A stretch of 63,941 nucleotides of DNA from Prasinococcaceae sp. CCMP 1430 (Eukaryota > Plantae > Prasinodermophyta). The number at the start of each line of letters is the position of its first letter. Position 1 is the first letter of the stretch. The position numbers were made by a program, and so were the translations under genes. Where the stretch lies: contig RQSC01000808.1 of assembly GCA_013416795.1 (NCBI GenBank), positions 12,626 to 76,566 of the forward strand, written 5' to 3'. Under the pieces are notes generated by a model. That model was not told the DNA's origin, did no database searches, and worked only from the letters and a program-made list of their open reading frames with translations. Of the stretch, positions 18,336 through 28,136 are shown in pieces.

Positions 18336-21300
18336 TTAAAGGCCTGCGTCGACCTCGCCGAAGCCTCCGCCCGAAGGCGTGTGCAGCACGAAGGTGTCGC
18401 CTGGATGCACGTCCACCGTGTCGCATGCGCCCATGTCGACGCGCGTGCCATCCTTGCGCTCGACCCAGTTCTTGCCGCATTCCCCGGGCTGCCCTCCTGC
18501 CATGCCGTATGGAGGCACTTTGCGCCTGTTGCTCAGCATGCACACTGTCATGTCCTCGTTGAAGCGGATGCGTCGCTCGACACCGTCGCCACCCTTGTGT
18601 TTGCCCTTGCCGCCCGAGCCTCTGCGGATGGAGAAGCTCTCGAGCCGCACTGGGAATCGAAACTCAAGAACTTCGGGGTCGGTCAGGCGCGAATTGGTCA
18701 TGTGTGTGTGTACCGCGTCCGTGCCATCAAAAGTTGGGCCGGCGCCGCTACCGCCGCAGACGGTCTCGTAGTACTGGTAGGTGTCGTTGCCGAAGGTGAG
18801 GTTGTTCATCGTGCCCTGCGCGGCGCCCATGACGCCCAGCGCGCCGTAGATGGCATCGGTCACCACCTGGCTCGTTTCGACGTTGCCCGCCACCACCGCC
18901 GCGGGGTATGATGGGCTCAGCATGCTGTCGTCGGGGATGGCGAGCTCGATGGGCCGAAGGCAGCCTTCGTTCATCGGGATATTGCTGTCCACGAGCGTGC
19001 GGAAGACGTACATGACCGCGGCGCGGCATACCGCGGAGGGCGCGTTGAAGTTTGAGCCCAGCTGGGCGCTGGTGCCCGTGAAGTCGACCTTGGCTGAGCG
19101 CTTATCAAGGTCGATCGAGGCCTTCACCTTCACCACCGCGCCGTTGTCCATTTCGTAGGCGAAGTCGCCGCTACGCAGGGCGCTGATGGCGCGCCGAACG
19201 CTCTCCTCGGCGTTGTCCTGCACGTGGCGCATGTACGCAGTCACCGTCGGCAGGCTGAAGTGAGCCACCATTTTCTTGAGCTCGGCCGCCCCCTTGGCGT
19301 TTGCCGCGAGCTGGGCGCGCAGGTCGGCCACGTTTTGGTCCGGATTCCGGCACGGGTAGGGGTCCCTGCCAAGCACCTCGCGCAACTCTGCCTCGCGCAT
19401 GATACCCTCTGCGCCGTCGACCAACTTGAAGTTGTCGATGAGCACGCCCTCCTGATCTATCGAGGTCGAGTCGCTGGGCATGGACGCGGGCGTCACGCCG
19501 CCAATGTCTGCCTGGTGGCCGCGGCTTCCCACATAAAATAGGATCTCCTTGCCATCGTCGTCAAAAACCGGGGTGACGACTGTGACATCAGGCAAATGCG
19601 TCCCGCCGTTGTAGGGGTTGTTGAGCACGTAGGCGTCGCCCGGAACCATCTTGCCCTCGTTGTCATCGATGACACACCGGATGGACTCGCCCATGGAGCC
19701 TAAGTGCACAGGCATGTGTGGCGCGTTTGCAATGAGGTGACCTTCCGCGTCGAAGATGGCGCAAGAAAAGTCCAGCCTCTCCTTGATGTTGACAGAGTAC
19801 GCAGTGTTCTGCAGCGTGAACCCCATTTGCTCCGCTATAGACATGAACAAATTGTTGAAGATCTCCAGGTACACCGGATCCACCTCGGTGCCGATGGCGA
19901 CGGTGGCCTCGCGCGGCACAACGCGACGCAGAACGAGCCCTGCAGGTACGACTTCGGCACGCCAACCCATTTCGACGAAAGTCGTACCGTTGGCCTCGAC
20001 GAGGATGGAGGGTCCATCAACGGTGAAACCAATGGGCAAGTCTTCGCGAGACCACACTGACGTGTCCGTCATCGCACCGTTGCAATAGACCTGTGTGGAG
20101 CCGAGCGGGGCGGGCGCCGCGGCGGCCCCAGACGCGGAAGCTTTTGTGACTGACGCGGCGAAGGCATCGGCGCTGTCGGAGAGCACGGCCTCAACCGTGG
20201 CAGCCTCGACCACCAGTGCCTTCTCGCTCATGATGAAGCCAAATCGGGCCATATAGCGCCGCTCGAAGTCCTCACGCGCCTCCTTGGGCGCGCAGTGTGG
20301 CACGGCGAGCGCCGTGTCCGTCCCGTCGTAGCGTAGCAGGAGCTGCGCGGTGATTTCAACGCGTTCTGCATCGGCGCCCTGTGCCACGAGCTCTGCTACG
20401 GCCGCCGCGGAGAGCTCCTCCACTGCTGCGTCGGCGCCGTCGCACCTGGCGGTGCTCGTGTCCAGCTTGACCTCAACCGATTTCTGCCTGAGCGCCGACA
20501 CGTCCGCGAGGCCCATGCCAAACGCGCTGAGCACGCCTGCGAGCGGGTGCGCGTACACGGTGCTCATGCCAAGCGCGTCCGCCACGAGGCACGCGTGCTG
20601 CCCGCCCGCGCCGCCGAAGGTCTCGAGGCAATACTCGGTCACGTCGTACCCACGCTGCACTGAGATCTTCTTGATGGCGTTGGCCATGTTCTCCACGGCG
20701 ATGGTCAAGAAACCCTCGGCGACATCGCGCGCGCTCTGGCCGCCACATCGCTTTGCCATCTCCTCGAATTTGCGCTGTACGGCGTCCCGGTCGAGCGGCG
20801 CGTCGTTGTTGGGGCCGAAGACCGCCGGGAAGTACTCCGGCACAAGCTTGCCGAGCATGACGTTGCAGTCAGTGACGGTGAGCGGGCCGCCGCGGCGGTA
20901 CGCGGCTGGCCCTGGGTTGGCTCCTGCACTCTCCGGACCGACCGTGAAGCGCGAGCCGTCGAACGAGCAGATGGAGCCGCCGCCGGCAGCCACGGTATGG
21001 ATCTGCATCATCGGCGCGCGCATGCGCACCCCGGCCACCAGCGTCTCGAAGGCGCGCTCGTACTCGCCGTCGTAGTGCGCGACATCTGTGGACGTGCCTC
21101 CCATATCGAAGGTGATTAGCTGCTTGAAGCCCGCGGCTTCGGCCGCACGCACTGAGCCCACGATGCCGCCCGCCGGCCCGCTCAGGATGGCGTCCTTGCC
21201 CTGAAAGAGCGCAGCATCCGTCAGGCCGCCACTGCTCATCATGAATTGCAGCTTGACGCCCGACAGCTCGCTCGCGACGGTGTCGACGTACCGCCGCAGG

Positions 21301-22043
21301 ATGGGTGACAGGTAGGCGTCGACGACGGTCGTGTCGCCGCGCGAGACGAGCTTCATCAGGGGGCTGACCTCGTGGCTGGCACTCACCTGCGCGAAGCCCG
21401 CGGCGCGGCACGCCTGCGCCACGCGCTGCTCGTGCTCGGGGTACTTGTACGAGTGCATGAAAGCAATCGCGACGCTATCGATGCCCGCAGCGCGCGCGTC
21501 CGCGAGCACGGCGGCGATCTGCACGTCGTCGAGACCCTCCATCTCGGTGCCGTCGACGGCGAGGCGCCCCTTCAGCTCGGCCACGTGCTCGTACAGCATT
21601 TCGGGCAGCACGATGTGGCGCGCGAAGATGTCGGGGCGGCTCTGGCCGGCGATGCGCAGCGCGTCGCGGAAGCCTGTGTTGACGAGCAGCAGCACGCGAT
21701 CCCCCTTGCGCTCGAGCAGCGCGTTAGTCGCTACCGTCGTGCCCATCTTGACGCAGCGCACGCGCCCCGCCGGGATGGGCTCCCCGGCGCCGACGCCAAG
21801 CAGCGAGCGAATGCCCGCCACTGCGGCATCCCTGTACGCCTCGGGGTTCTCCGACAGCATCTTCGCGGTGCGCAGCTCGCCACCGGGCGCGCGGCCGACG
21901 ATGTCGGTGAACGTGCCACCGCGATCGATCCAGAACTGCCACTGGTCCACGCCCGCACCGCTGCCAGCCGCGCCGGACGCCGGAAGAAGACGTATGGGGC
22001 GCTCGCTCGCTCGCAGCGGCCGGGCGGCGGGGCGGCGGGGCAC
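18336..22043 (-). CDS. OXP1: ATP-dependent 5-oxoprolinase (fused hydantoinase A/B); 5' end probably hidden at the N at 22119
   Basis: [75 protein letters not shown]; uninterrupted ~3.7-kb ORF. Confidence 0.95.
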   Translation of the reverse strand: MPRRPAARPLRASERPIRLLPASGAAGSGAGVDQWQFWIDRGGTFTDIVGRAPGGELRTAKMLSENPEAYRDAAVAGIRSLLGVGAGEPIPAGRVRCVKMGTTVATNALLERKGDRVLLLVNTGFRDALRIAGQSRPDIFARHIVLPEMLYEHVAELKGRLAVDGTEMEGLDDVQIAAVLADARAAGIDSVAIAFMHSYKYPEHEQRVAQACRAAGFAQVSASHEVSPLMKLVSRGDTTVVDAYLSPILRRYVDTVASELSGVKLQFMMSSGGLTDAALFQGKDAILSGPAGGIVGSVRAAEAAGFKQLITFDMGGTSTDVAHYDGEYERAFETLVAGVRMRAPMMQIHTVAAGGGSICSFDGSRFTVGPESAGANPGPAAYRRGGPLTVTDCNVMLGKLVPEYFPAVFGPNNDAPLDRDAVQRKFEEMAKRCGGQSARDVAEGFLTIAVENMANAIKKISVQRGYDVTEYCLETFGGAGGQHACLVADALGMSTVYAHPLAGVLSAFGMGLADVSALRQKSVEVKLDTSTARCDGADAAVEELSAAAVAELVAQGADAERVEITAQLLLRYDGTDTALAVPHCAPKEAREDFERRYMARFGFIMSEKALVVEAATVEAVLSDSADAFAASVTKASASGAAAAPAPLGSTQVYCNGAMTDTSVWSREDLPIGFTVDGPSILVEANGTTFVEMGWRAEVVPAGLVLRRVVPREATVAIGTEVDPVYLEIFNNLFMSIAEQMGFTLQNTAYSVNIKERLDFSCAIFDAEGHLIANAPHMPVHLGSMGESIRCVIDDNEGKMVPGDAYVLNNPYNGGTHLPDVTVVTPVFDDDGKEILFYVGSRGHQADIGGVTPASMPSDSTSIDQEGVLIDNFKLVDGAEGIMREAELREVLGRDPYPCRNPDQNVADLRAQLAANAKGAAELKKMVAHFSLPTVTAYMRHVQDNAEESVRRAISALRSGDFAYEMDNGAVVKVKASIDLDKRSAKVDFTGTSAQLGSNFNAPSAVCRAAVMYVFRTLVDSNIPMNEGCLRPIELAIPDDSMLSPSYPAAVVAGNVETSQVVTDAIYGALGVMGAAQGTMNNLTFGNDTYQYYETVCGGSGAGPTFDGTDAVHTHMTNSRLTDPEVLEFRFPVRLESFSIRRGSGGKGKHKGGDGVERRIRFNEDMTVCMLSNRRKVPPYGMAGGQPGECGKNWVERKDGTRVDMGACDTVDVHPGDTFVLHTPSGGGFGEVDAGL

Positions 22044-22119
22044 GGAAAGGGTACGTGTGGATTGCGGCCGGCGGCCTCAGACGGGCGTCCGGGCCGGCTT
22101 GCGGCGCATGCGGGGCGGN

Positions 22120-22534
22120 CGCGGCCGGCGGCGGCGGAGGCGCGTGGGTGGTCACGTGCGTCGGCAGCCTGCGCTCAGCGCGGCTGCGCCTGGCAGGCGC
22201 GTCGGCGGGCGGCGGCGGCGACGACGAGGAGGAACATCGCTTCCTCGACGTCGTGGGTCCTGTGGAGGTGTGCGGGCTCGTTGGCACCTTCGCGGCGGAC
22301 GGCCGGTGCCACCTGCACGCGACGCTCGCCGATGAGCGCGGCCGCGTGGTGGGAGGCCACCTGGTCGGCGACGACCTCGTGCACACCACGTGTGAGGTCG
22401 TCCTCGGCATCGCTCGCGGCGACGCTGCGTTCAGCAGGGAGCACGACGAGCTCACCGGCTACGACGAGCTCGTCGTGTCGCCTGCGGACGGCGCCCCGAG
22501 CGGGCCGCAGCGGTGGTGGTGGCCCTTCTCCTAG
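22120..22534 (+). CDS. Stand-alone PPC/DUF296 domain protein; 5' partial
   Basis: AWVVTCVGSL..A.LRLA, EVCGLVGT, HLHATLADERGRVVGGHL, VHTTCEVV, FSREHDELTGYDELVV. Confidence 0.85.
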
Positions 22535-23205
22535 GCGAGCGCCGGCCGCGCGCTGCTGCAGCCCGCGGCCTCCTCCACCCCTGAGCAGCAGCAGGTGATG
22601 CAGCAGCAGGGTCATACATATATACATAGTTAGCGTGCTGTAATTGTTTCTGAGTGTACCATACGCCGATTGTATTCAAATTGATATGTGTCATTATTGT
22701 TTTGAGTGTATCATGCACCGAATATCCTCCGAATTTTGCGGCACGCAGTCACCGCGCCGCCACACCGCGGGCCACCGGCGCAGTGCGCTCGGGTGGGAGG
22801 GGGCAGGAGGGGTGTCCGTGGCGGTGACCCGCAGTTGAGGCACCGCGCCGGTGGCCCGGCACGGCCGCGACGGCCGTAGAACGCGGACGGGCTCGAGGAC
22901 GCTACTAGGAGAGTGCCGTCGTGACGGTCGTGTCTTTGTGTAGAAATTGCAGCCGTGGCCCTGGGGTTTTGTTCGCTTCGGGACGTACGCTTCGTGTGGG
23001 AGGGGCGTGACGCCGCGGCGTTGTGGCGATGGGGAGCGGCAACGACGCCCGCCATGGCTTCGAGCCCTCGCGACGTGATGCTGATGGAGGTGGCGGCGCC
23101 GGTGCAGACGACGACGGGAGGGATGGCCTCGCCGCCACCGTGACGGCTGTCAGCGCCGCCATCAGCCATGACCACACCAGCAGCGAAGACGGCGAGTCGG
23201 TGCAA

Positions 23206-24252
23206 ATGAGCGACAATGCGGTCGCACCAGCCGCAGCGCAGCGCCAAAGCGGCGAGGACGATGAGGCTTCGCGCTATCGCCTGGGTTTCAAGGAGTGGGT
23301 GAACGCGCGCACGCGCTTCCTCGAGTCGCCCGAGGCCGGCGAGTGGCTCGGCGAGTGCTGGGGCACCTTCCTGATTGTCATTTTTGGCGTGGGCGTCGTC
23401 AATGCCGGGCTGTCAGGCGCGCAGTCGGGCATCTGGCAGGTGGCTGTAGTGTGGGCGCTGGGCGTCGCGCTTGCGATCTACACCACCGCGCATGTGAGCG
23501 GCGCACATCTCAACCCGGCGATCACGCTCGCATTTGCTGCATTCAGGGATTTTCCGCCAAGGAAGGTACCCAGGTATATCGCCGCGCAATTGGCCGGTGG
23601 CATCCTCGGCGGCTGCATCAACCTGGGCGTCTTTCAGGGCGTGCGCGACGTGTTTGAGCGTGCCAACGGCATCACTCGCGGCGCGCCACAGTCAGTGCTC
23701 ACCGCCGCGGCCTTTGGAGAATATTTTCCGAACCCATTCCTCTTCGGGCCTTACAGCGACGTCAACACCATGCCTCAGAGCGACGCCAACGAGGTGATCT
23801 ACCCTGGGACCGCATTTCTCGTGGAGGCGTGGGGGACCTTCCTACTCGCATTTGTCGTGTTCGCGGTCACCGACCCTAAGAACAAGGCCGTGGGGGAGTC
23901 CAAGGCGCTGGCGCCCTTGCTCATCGGTTTCGTGGTGGGCGTGAATCTCTCACTGTACGCACCCATTACGCAGGCAGGCTGGAACCCTGCGCGCGACCTT
24001 GGCCCGCGTATCGTTGCCGCCTTTGCAGGGTGGCAAAGCGTCGCTCTGCCGGGTCCTCGCAATGGATTCTGGGTGTACATCATCGGGCCAATCCTCGGTG
24101 CCCTGTGCGGTGCTGGTTTCTACGACTGCGTCTTGAGCCGCTCACTCTACCCGAACGACTCCGACGTCGGTGACCACACCAAGGACGACGCCACTACCCA
24201 TGCGGCGCTCGACGACGAGAAAAGCAAGGTGGCCAAAGGGGTGGAGGAATGA
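23206..24252 (+). CDS. MIP-family aquaglyceroporin, GlpF-like
   Basis: GECWGTFLIVIFG, SGAHLNPAITL, GEYFPNP, GWNPARDLGPRI, FWVYIIGPILG. Upstream in-frame start alternatives exist from 23023. Confidence 0.93.
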   Translation: MSDNAVAPAAAQRQSGEDDEASRYRLGFKEWVNARTRFLESPEAGEWLGECWGTFLIVIFGVGVVNAGLSGAQSGIWQVAVVWALGVALAIYTTAHVSGAHLNPAITLAFAAFRDFPPRKVPRYIAAQLAGGILGGCINLGVFQGVRDVFERANGITRGAPQSVLTAAAFGEYFPNPFLFGPYSDVNTMPQSDANEVIYPGTAFLVEAWGTFLLAFVVFAVTDPKNKAVGESKALAPLLIGFVVGVNLSLYAPITQAGWNPARDLGPRIVAAFAGWQSVALPGPRNGFWVYIIGPILGALCGAGFYDCVLSRSLYPNDSDVGDHTKDDATTHAALDDEKSKVAKGVEE

Positions 24253-24662
24253 CGTGGCGCTACTTTCCTCGAGCTTTCGCACCACCAAGCGGCGCAGGGG
24301 CCAACGGGCAGCAAGCACTAGAAAGGCGCGGTACAACAACATCGTTGCCAGCTTCATGCAGCGCGACAGAGAGCTAGCTCGGTTACCGCAGGCGCGGGAG
24401 CAGCGGCATGACCTTGTTCCAGCGTGCATAAGATCATGTGTTTGCCATCGCGCGAATCGCTGCCGGCTGGGACGCGCCGCGCGCACGCTGTGCTGCCACC
24501 AGCCCGCCGGCCCGCTCGCGCCCCGGCCTGCTGGCCTGCCGGCCGCCTGCGGCCTGCTGATAGGACACCGAACACCATGATACCATTTTCTCGGAAACAA
24601 TGCTCGAAGGTCAAAATGCATGCACTTTCGGCGCGTGCATGCGAAACGAGATCAACATTTTG

Positions 24663-24670
24663 CCGCCAAA
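24663..24670 (-). promoter_or_regulatory. E2F-like site TTTGGCGG ~145 bp upstream of the SMARCAD1-like ATG
   Basis: Matches the TTTSSCGS consensus. Confidence 0.35.
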
Positions 24671-24813
24671 CGCTGCCAGGCACGAAAATACAAACGCGAA
24701 AATCGCGCCGCCGCGGGGCCGCGCGGCACAGCGGACACGCACGGCAGGAGGGTGTGTGTGTGTGTGGGGGGGGGGGGTCCCGCGCGACCGCGCGACCGCG
24801 CGCGGAGCGCGGC

Positions 24814-27663
24814 ATGGCGGAAGCTGCGCCCGACATGGGGGCGGCCGAGGTGCTCGCGCTGCGCGCGCGGCTGCGCGAGGCGGAGGCGCGCGGCGAGGAG
24901 GCCGACGAGGCGGACATGGACGCCTACGAGGCGCTCGCGTACCGCTGGAGGGACGCGGCCATGGCGGGGCCCACCGTGCGCGCCTCGCGAGTGCGCGCGT
25001 GGGTGGCCGACCGCTCGCGGTGCTCCGACGCGGCGCTCGAGCGCTACGACGCGAAGGTGAAGGCCTCGGGGCAGGACGCGCCCGTCGGCCTGCTCGCCGC
25101 GCTCAACAACGCCAAGGCCGCGCGCAAGGCACGCGTCTCGGCGGCAATCAAGGAGCAGCTCGCCGCGAGCGCCCCGTCGCCCTCGGCCAAGCGACGCAAG
25201 ACGCGCCGCGAGGGTGGCGCGGGGCGCGCGCTGGGCCTCGACGACCTTGACGCCCTCGAGGCCGCGGCGCGCAGCCGCAGGCGCGCGAGCGCGGGCTTGG
25301 CGACCAAGGCGGAGGGCTCGGACGACGACGAGGAGGAGGTGTTCGACGAGACCGACGAAGGCGAGGAGGACGACGATGACGCGGAGGTCCGCCAGGCGCG
25401 CGAGGCCGCCAACACAGTGATGAGCAAGGTGGGGCGAATCAGCCGCAACTTGCGCAAGTTGGTCGGCGCCGCCGCAGCGGGCGAGGCAGGGCAGAGCGGC
25501 GATGCTGCCGGTGCCGACGCAAGCGTTGGCGATGCCACTGCCGGCCTTTCCTCGCGTGAGTTTGATGGACGCCGCCTCAAGGATTACCAGGTCGTGGGGA
25601 TCAACTGGCTGATGCTGGTGCGCGAGCAGGGACTCTCCGCGGTGCTCGCCGATGAGATGGGCCTCGGGAAGACCGCGCAGAGCTGCGTTTTTTTGCAGCT
25701 GCTGCACGAGCAGGCACAGGCGCGCGCGGAGGGGGCCGGCGAGGAACCCGTCAGTCTGAAGCACCTCGTGGTGGCACCTGGCAGTGTTCTGGACAACTGG
25801 GCGCGCGAGTTGGCGGTGTGGGCTCCTTCTCTGCGTGTGGCGCTGTACCACGGCACGGAGCGCGAGGCGCTTCGCGAGGAGCTCGCGAGTGGCGAGCGGG
25901 ACTTCGACGTGCTGCTTACGAGCTATTCGTACTTTGAGCGCGACTCCGAGGCGCAGCGCCGCGACCAGTCGCTGCTGCGCAGCTTCAAATTCGAGTACCT
26001 GCTGCTCGACGAGGCGCACGCGCTCAAGGACGCCACCTCGAGCCGGTTCACCAAGCTCATGCGCATCCGCGCGGCGCGCCGTCTGCTGCTCACCGGCACT
26101 CCCCTGCAAAACAAGCTGCAAGAGCTGCTTTGCCTGCTGCAGTTTCTCATGCCCGACATGTTCGACAGCCGCTCTGCAGAGCTCGCAAATCTATTTGCCG
26201 TGGAGACCGAGGGCGATGCTGGCGTCATCAAGAAGGTGAAGGCTCTTCTCACGCCCTTCTTGCTCCGCCGCACCAAGGATGCCGTGCTCACATCGATGGT
26301 GCCCAAAACGGAGCTGTTGAAGCGCGTGACGCTCATCGACGAACAGCAGCAAGCCTACGATGGCATAATCGAGGTTGCGAGGGCGGCCCGCGAGGCCGGC
26401 GGCGAGCGGCGTGACAACTCCCTCTTCACGGCGCTGCGGCGTGCCGCCAACCACCCGCTGCTCATGCGCCGGCACTTCGCGGACGCGCAGCTGCCCGAGC
26501 TGGCGGCGCAGCTGCACGCGCGCGAAGCGTTCGGCCCCGAGGCCTCGGAGGCGCGCATCTTAGCCGAACTGCGCGAGATGAGCGACTTCGCGCTCAGCAG
26601 CGTGTGTGCGCAGCACGCCGCGCTCAGGAGCAAGTGCGTCCCCACGGAGGCGCTCTTCGACAGCGCAAAGGCGCGAGCGCTGCGCGACCTGCTGCCGCGC
26701 CTCAAGGCAGAGGGCCACCGCGTGCTGCTCTTCTCGCAGTGGACGCAAATGCTCGACGTGCTGGGCGCTATCACCGACGAGCTCGGCCTCAAGGTGCTTC
26801 GACTCGATGGCAATACGCCCGTCGACGAGCGCCAAGCCCTAGTAGACTCCTTCAACAAGGACGAGTCCATCTTCGGGTTCCTGCTGTCCACGCGCGCCGG
26901 CGGCCTCGGCCTCAACCTCGCGGGCGCCGACACGGTCGTTCTGCACGACCTCGACTTTAACCCGAGCGTGGACAGGCAGGCGGTCGACCGCGCGCACCGC
27001 ATGACGCAAACTAAGCCCGTCACCGTGTATAAGTTCGTGGCGGAGGGCACCGTCGACGAGGCCATCTTCGATATAGCGACGCGCAAGGCCAAGCTTGACG
27101 CTGCGGTGCTGGACAGGGACGATGCACAGGCGGGCGCAGCCAAGGACGCCGATGAGCGCGGCAGCATCAAGGCGATCCTCGCTGGAATTCTGGGGCAGGG
27201 TGATCAATCTGACGGGGAGTCTGAGGAAGAGTCAGGGGAGGAGGAGCAAGCCGACGGAGAGCAGGCCGACGACGGCCAGGACTCCGATGCCAACGAAGAG
27301 GTGGGGGTTGAGGACGGCTCGGACGGTGACGCGGACGCCGCGGACACCGATAACGACGACGTCGCCATGGCGGCGGGCGATAACGAGAGCGAACCGGAGA
27401 GTGAGGACTCCAGTGACGACGAGGAAGACGGCCCTGTCACAGAGCAGAAAGTGGTCGACGCCGTCCGCGCGAGCCTGTCTGCGATGAGCGACGACAAGCT
27501 CGAGACGACCGGTATGAAGTCATTGAAGGTCGAGGTCGCGGGGCTCCTGAAGTGCGATGTGGCGGAGCTCAAAAGCTTCAAGGACGCCATCAGGGCCGCC
27601 TTCGAGGACTTCTTCAACATCCACCTGACGCAGACGCAGCAACAGACTGCCTCGCAGGAGTAG
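24814..27663 (+). CDS. SNF2-family remodeller, SMARCAD1/Fun30/ETL1 (CHR19)-like, with an acidic linker and a C-terminal DEK_C-like domain
   Basis: LKDYQVVGINWL, LADEMGLGKT, DEAH, RLLLTGTPLQN, HRVLLFSQW, FLLSTRAGGLGLNL, DRQAVDRAHRM; tail TEQKVVDAVRASLSAMSDDKLETTGMKSLKVEVAGLLKCDVAELKSFKDAIRAAF. Confidence 0.9.
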   Translation: MAEAAPDMGAAEVLALRARLREAEARGEEADEADMDAYEALAYRWRDAAMAGPTVRASRVRAWVADRSRCSDAALERYDAKVKASGQDAPVGLLAALNNAKAARKARVSAAIKEQLAASAPSPSAKRRKTRREGGAGRALGLDDLDALEAAARSRRRASAGLATKAEGSDDDEEEVFDETDEGEEDDDDAEVRQAREAANTVMSKVGRISRNLRKLVGAAAAGEAGQSGDAAGADASVGDATAGLSSREFDGRRLKDYQVVGINWLMLVREQGLSAVLADEMGLGKTAQSCVFLQLLHEQAQARAEGAGEEPVSLKHLVVAPGSVLDNWARELAVWAPSLRVALYHGTEREALREELASGERDFDVLLTSYSYFERDSEAQRRDQSLLRSFKFEYLLLDEAHALKDATSSRFTKLMRIRAARRLLLTGTPLQNKLQELLCLLQFLMPDMFDSRSAELANLFAVETEGDAGVIKKVKALLTPFLLRRTKDAVLTSMVPKTELLKRVTLIDEQQQAYDGIIEVARAAREAGGERRDNSLFTALRRAANHPLLMRRHFADAQLPELAAQLHAREAFGPEASEARILAELREMSDFALSSVCAQHAALRSKCVPTEALFDSAKARALRDLLPRLKAEGHRVLLFSQWTQMLDVLGAITDELGLKVLRLDGNTPVDERQALVDSFNKDESIFGFLLSTRAGGLGLNLAGADTVVLHDLDFNPSVDRQAVDRAHRMTQTKPVTVYKFVAEGTVDEAIFDIATRKAKLDAAVLDRDDAQAGAAKDADERGSIKAILAGILGQGDQSDGESEEESGEEEQADGEQADDGQDSDANEEVGVEDGSDGDADAADTDNDDVAMAAGDNESEPESEDSSDDEEDGPVTEQKVVDAVRASLSAMSDDKLETTGMKSLKVEVAGLLKCDVAELKSFKDAIRAAFEDFFNIHLTQTQQQTASQE

Positions 27664-28136
27664 GAGCTGCGCAGCGGCCCCTGGTTAATTGAGGGGGGGA
27701 GGGGAGTCCGCAGCCGCTCACGACTCGTCGCCGCCTGCGACGCGCGCGCGCGCCTCCTATAATGAGCACCGAGCACCTCGCGCGTCACGGCACCTCAGCT
27801 TCAGGCAGCGCCCCGGCGCTCCGCTCGCACGTCGCGAGTGAACCCACGGTCCCGCTCCATTGAGCGGAGGCCAGGCGTTGTCTCGCCAGTGAGCCAGCCA
27901 CTCGCCCGTTTATTGAGTGTGTACTGTGAAAGACATCGTGATACCAATTTTGAGGCGGTTGGGGAAGGCAGCGAGCGCGGGGAACTGCGGCGCGGCGCCA
28001 CAGCTGAACGGCGCGGCGCGACGAGGAGGGAGGAGGAGAAGGGAGGGCGGGGGGAGCGGCAAGCGCCCCCCCACCCCACTCCAGCCCGCCCCATCCCGCT
28101 CTGCGCGCGTGGCGGTGTCACGCAGCGGAAAGAGGA

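Noticed and set aside
18336-22043. Oxoprolinase as bacterial contamination
   Set aside because: It is contiguous with eukaryotic-type flanks, lacks a Shine-Dalgarno/operon context and has host-like codon style; retained only as a possible ancient HGT.
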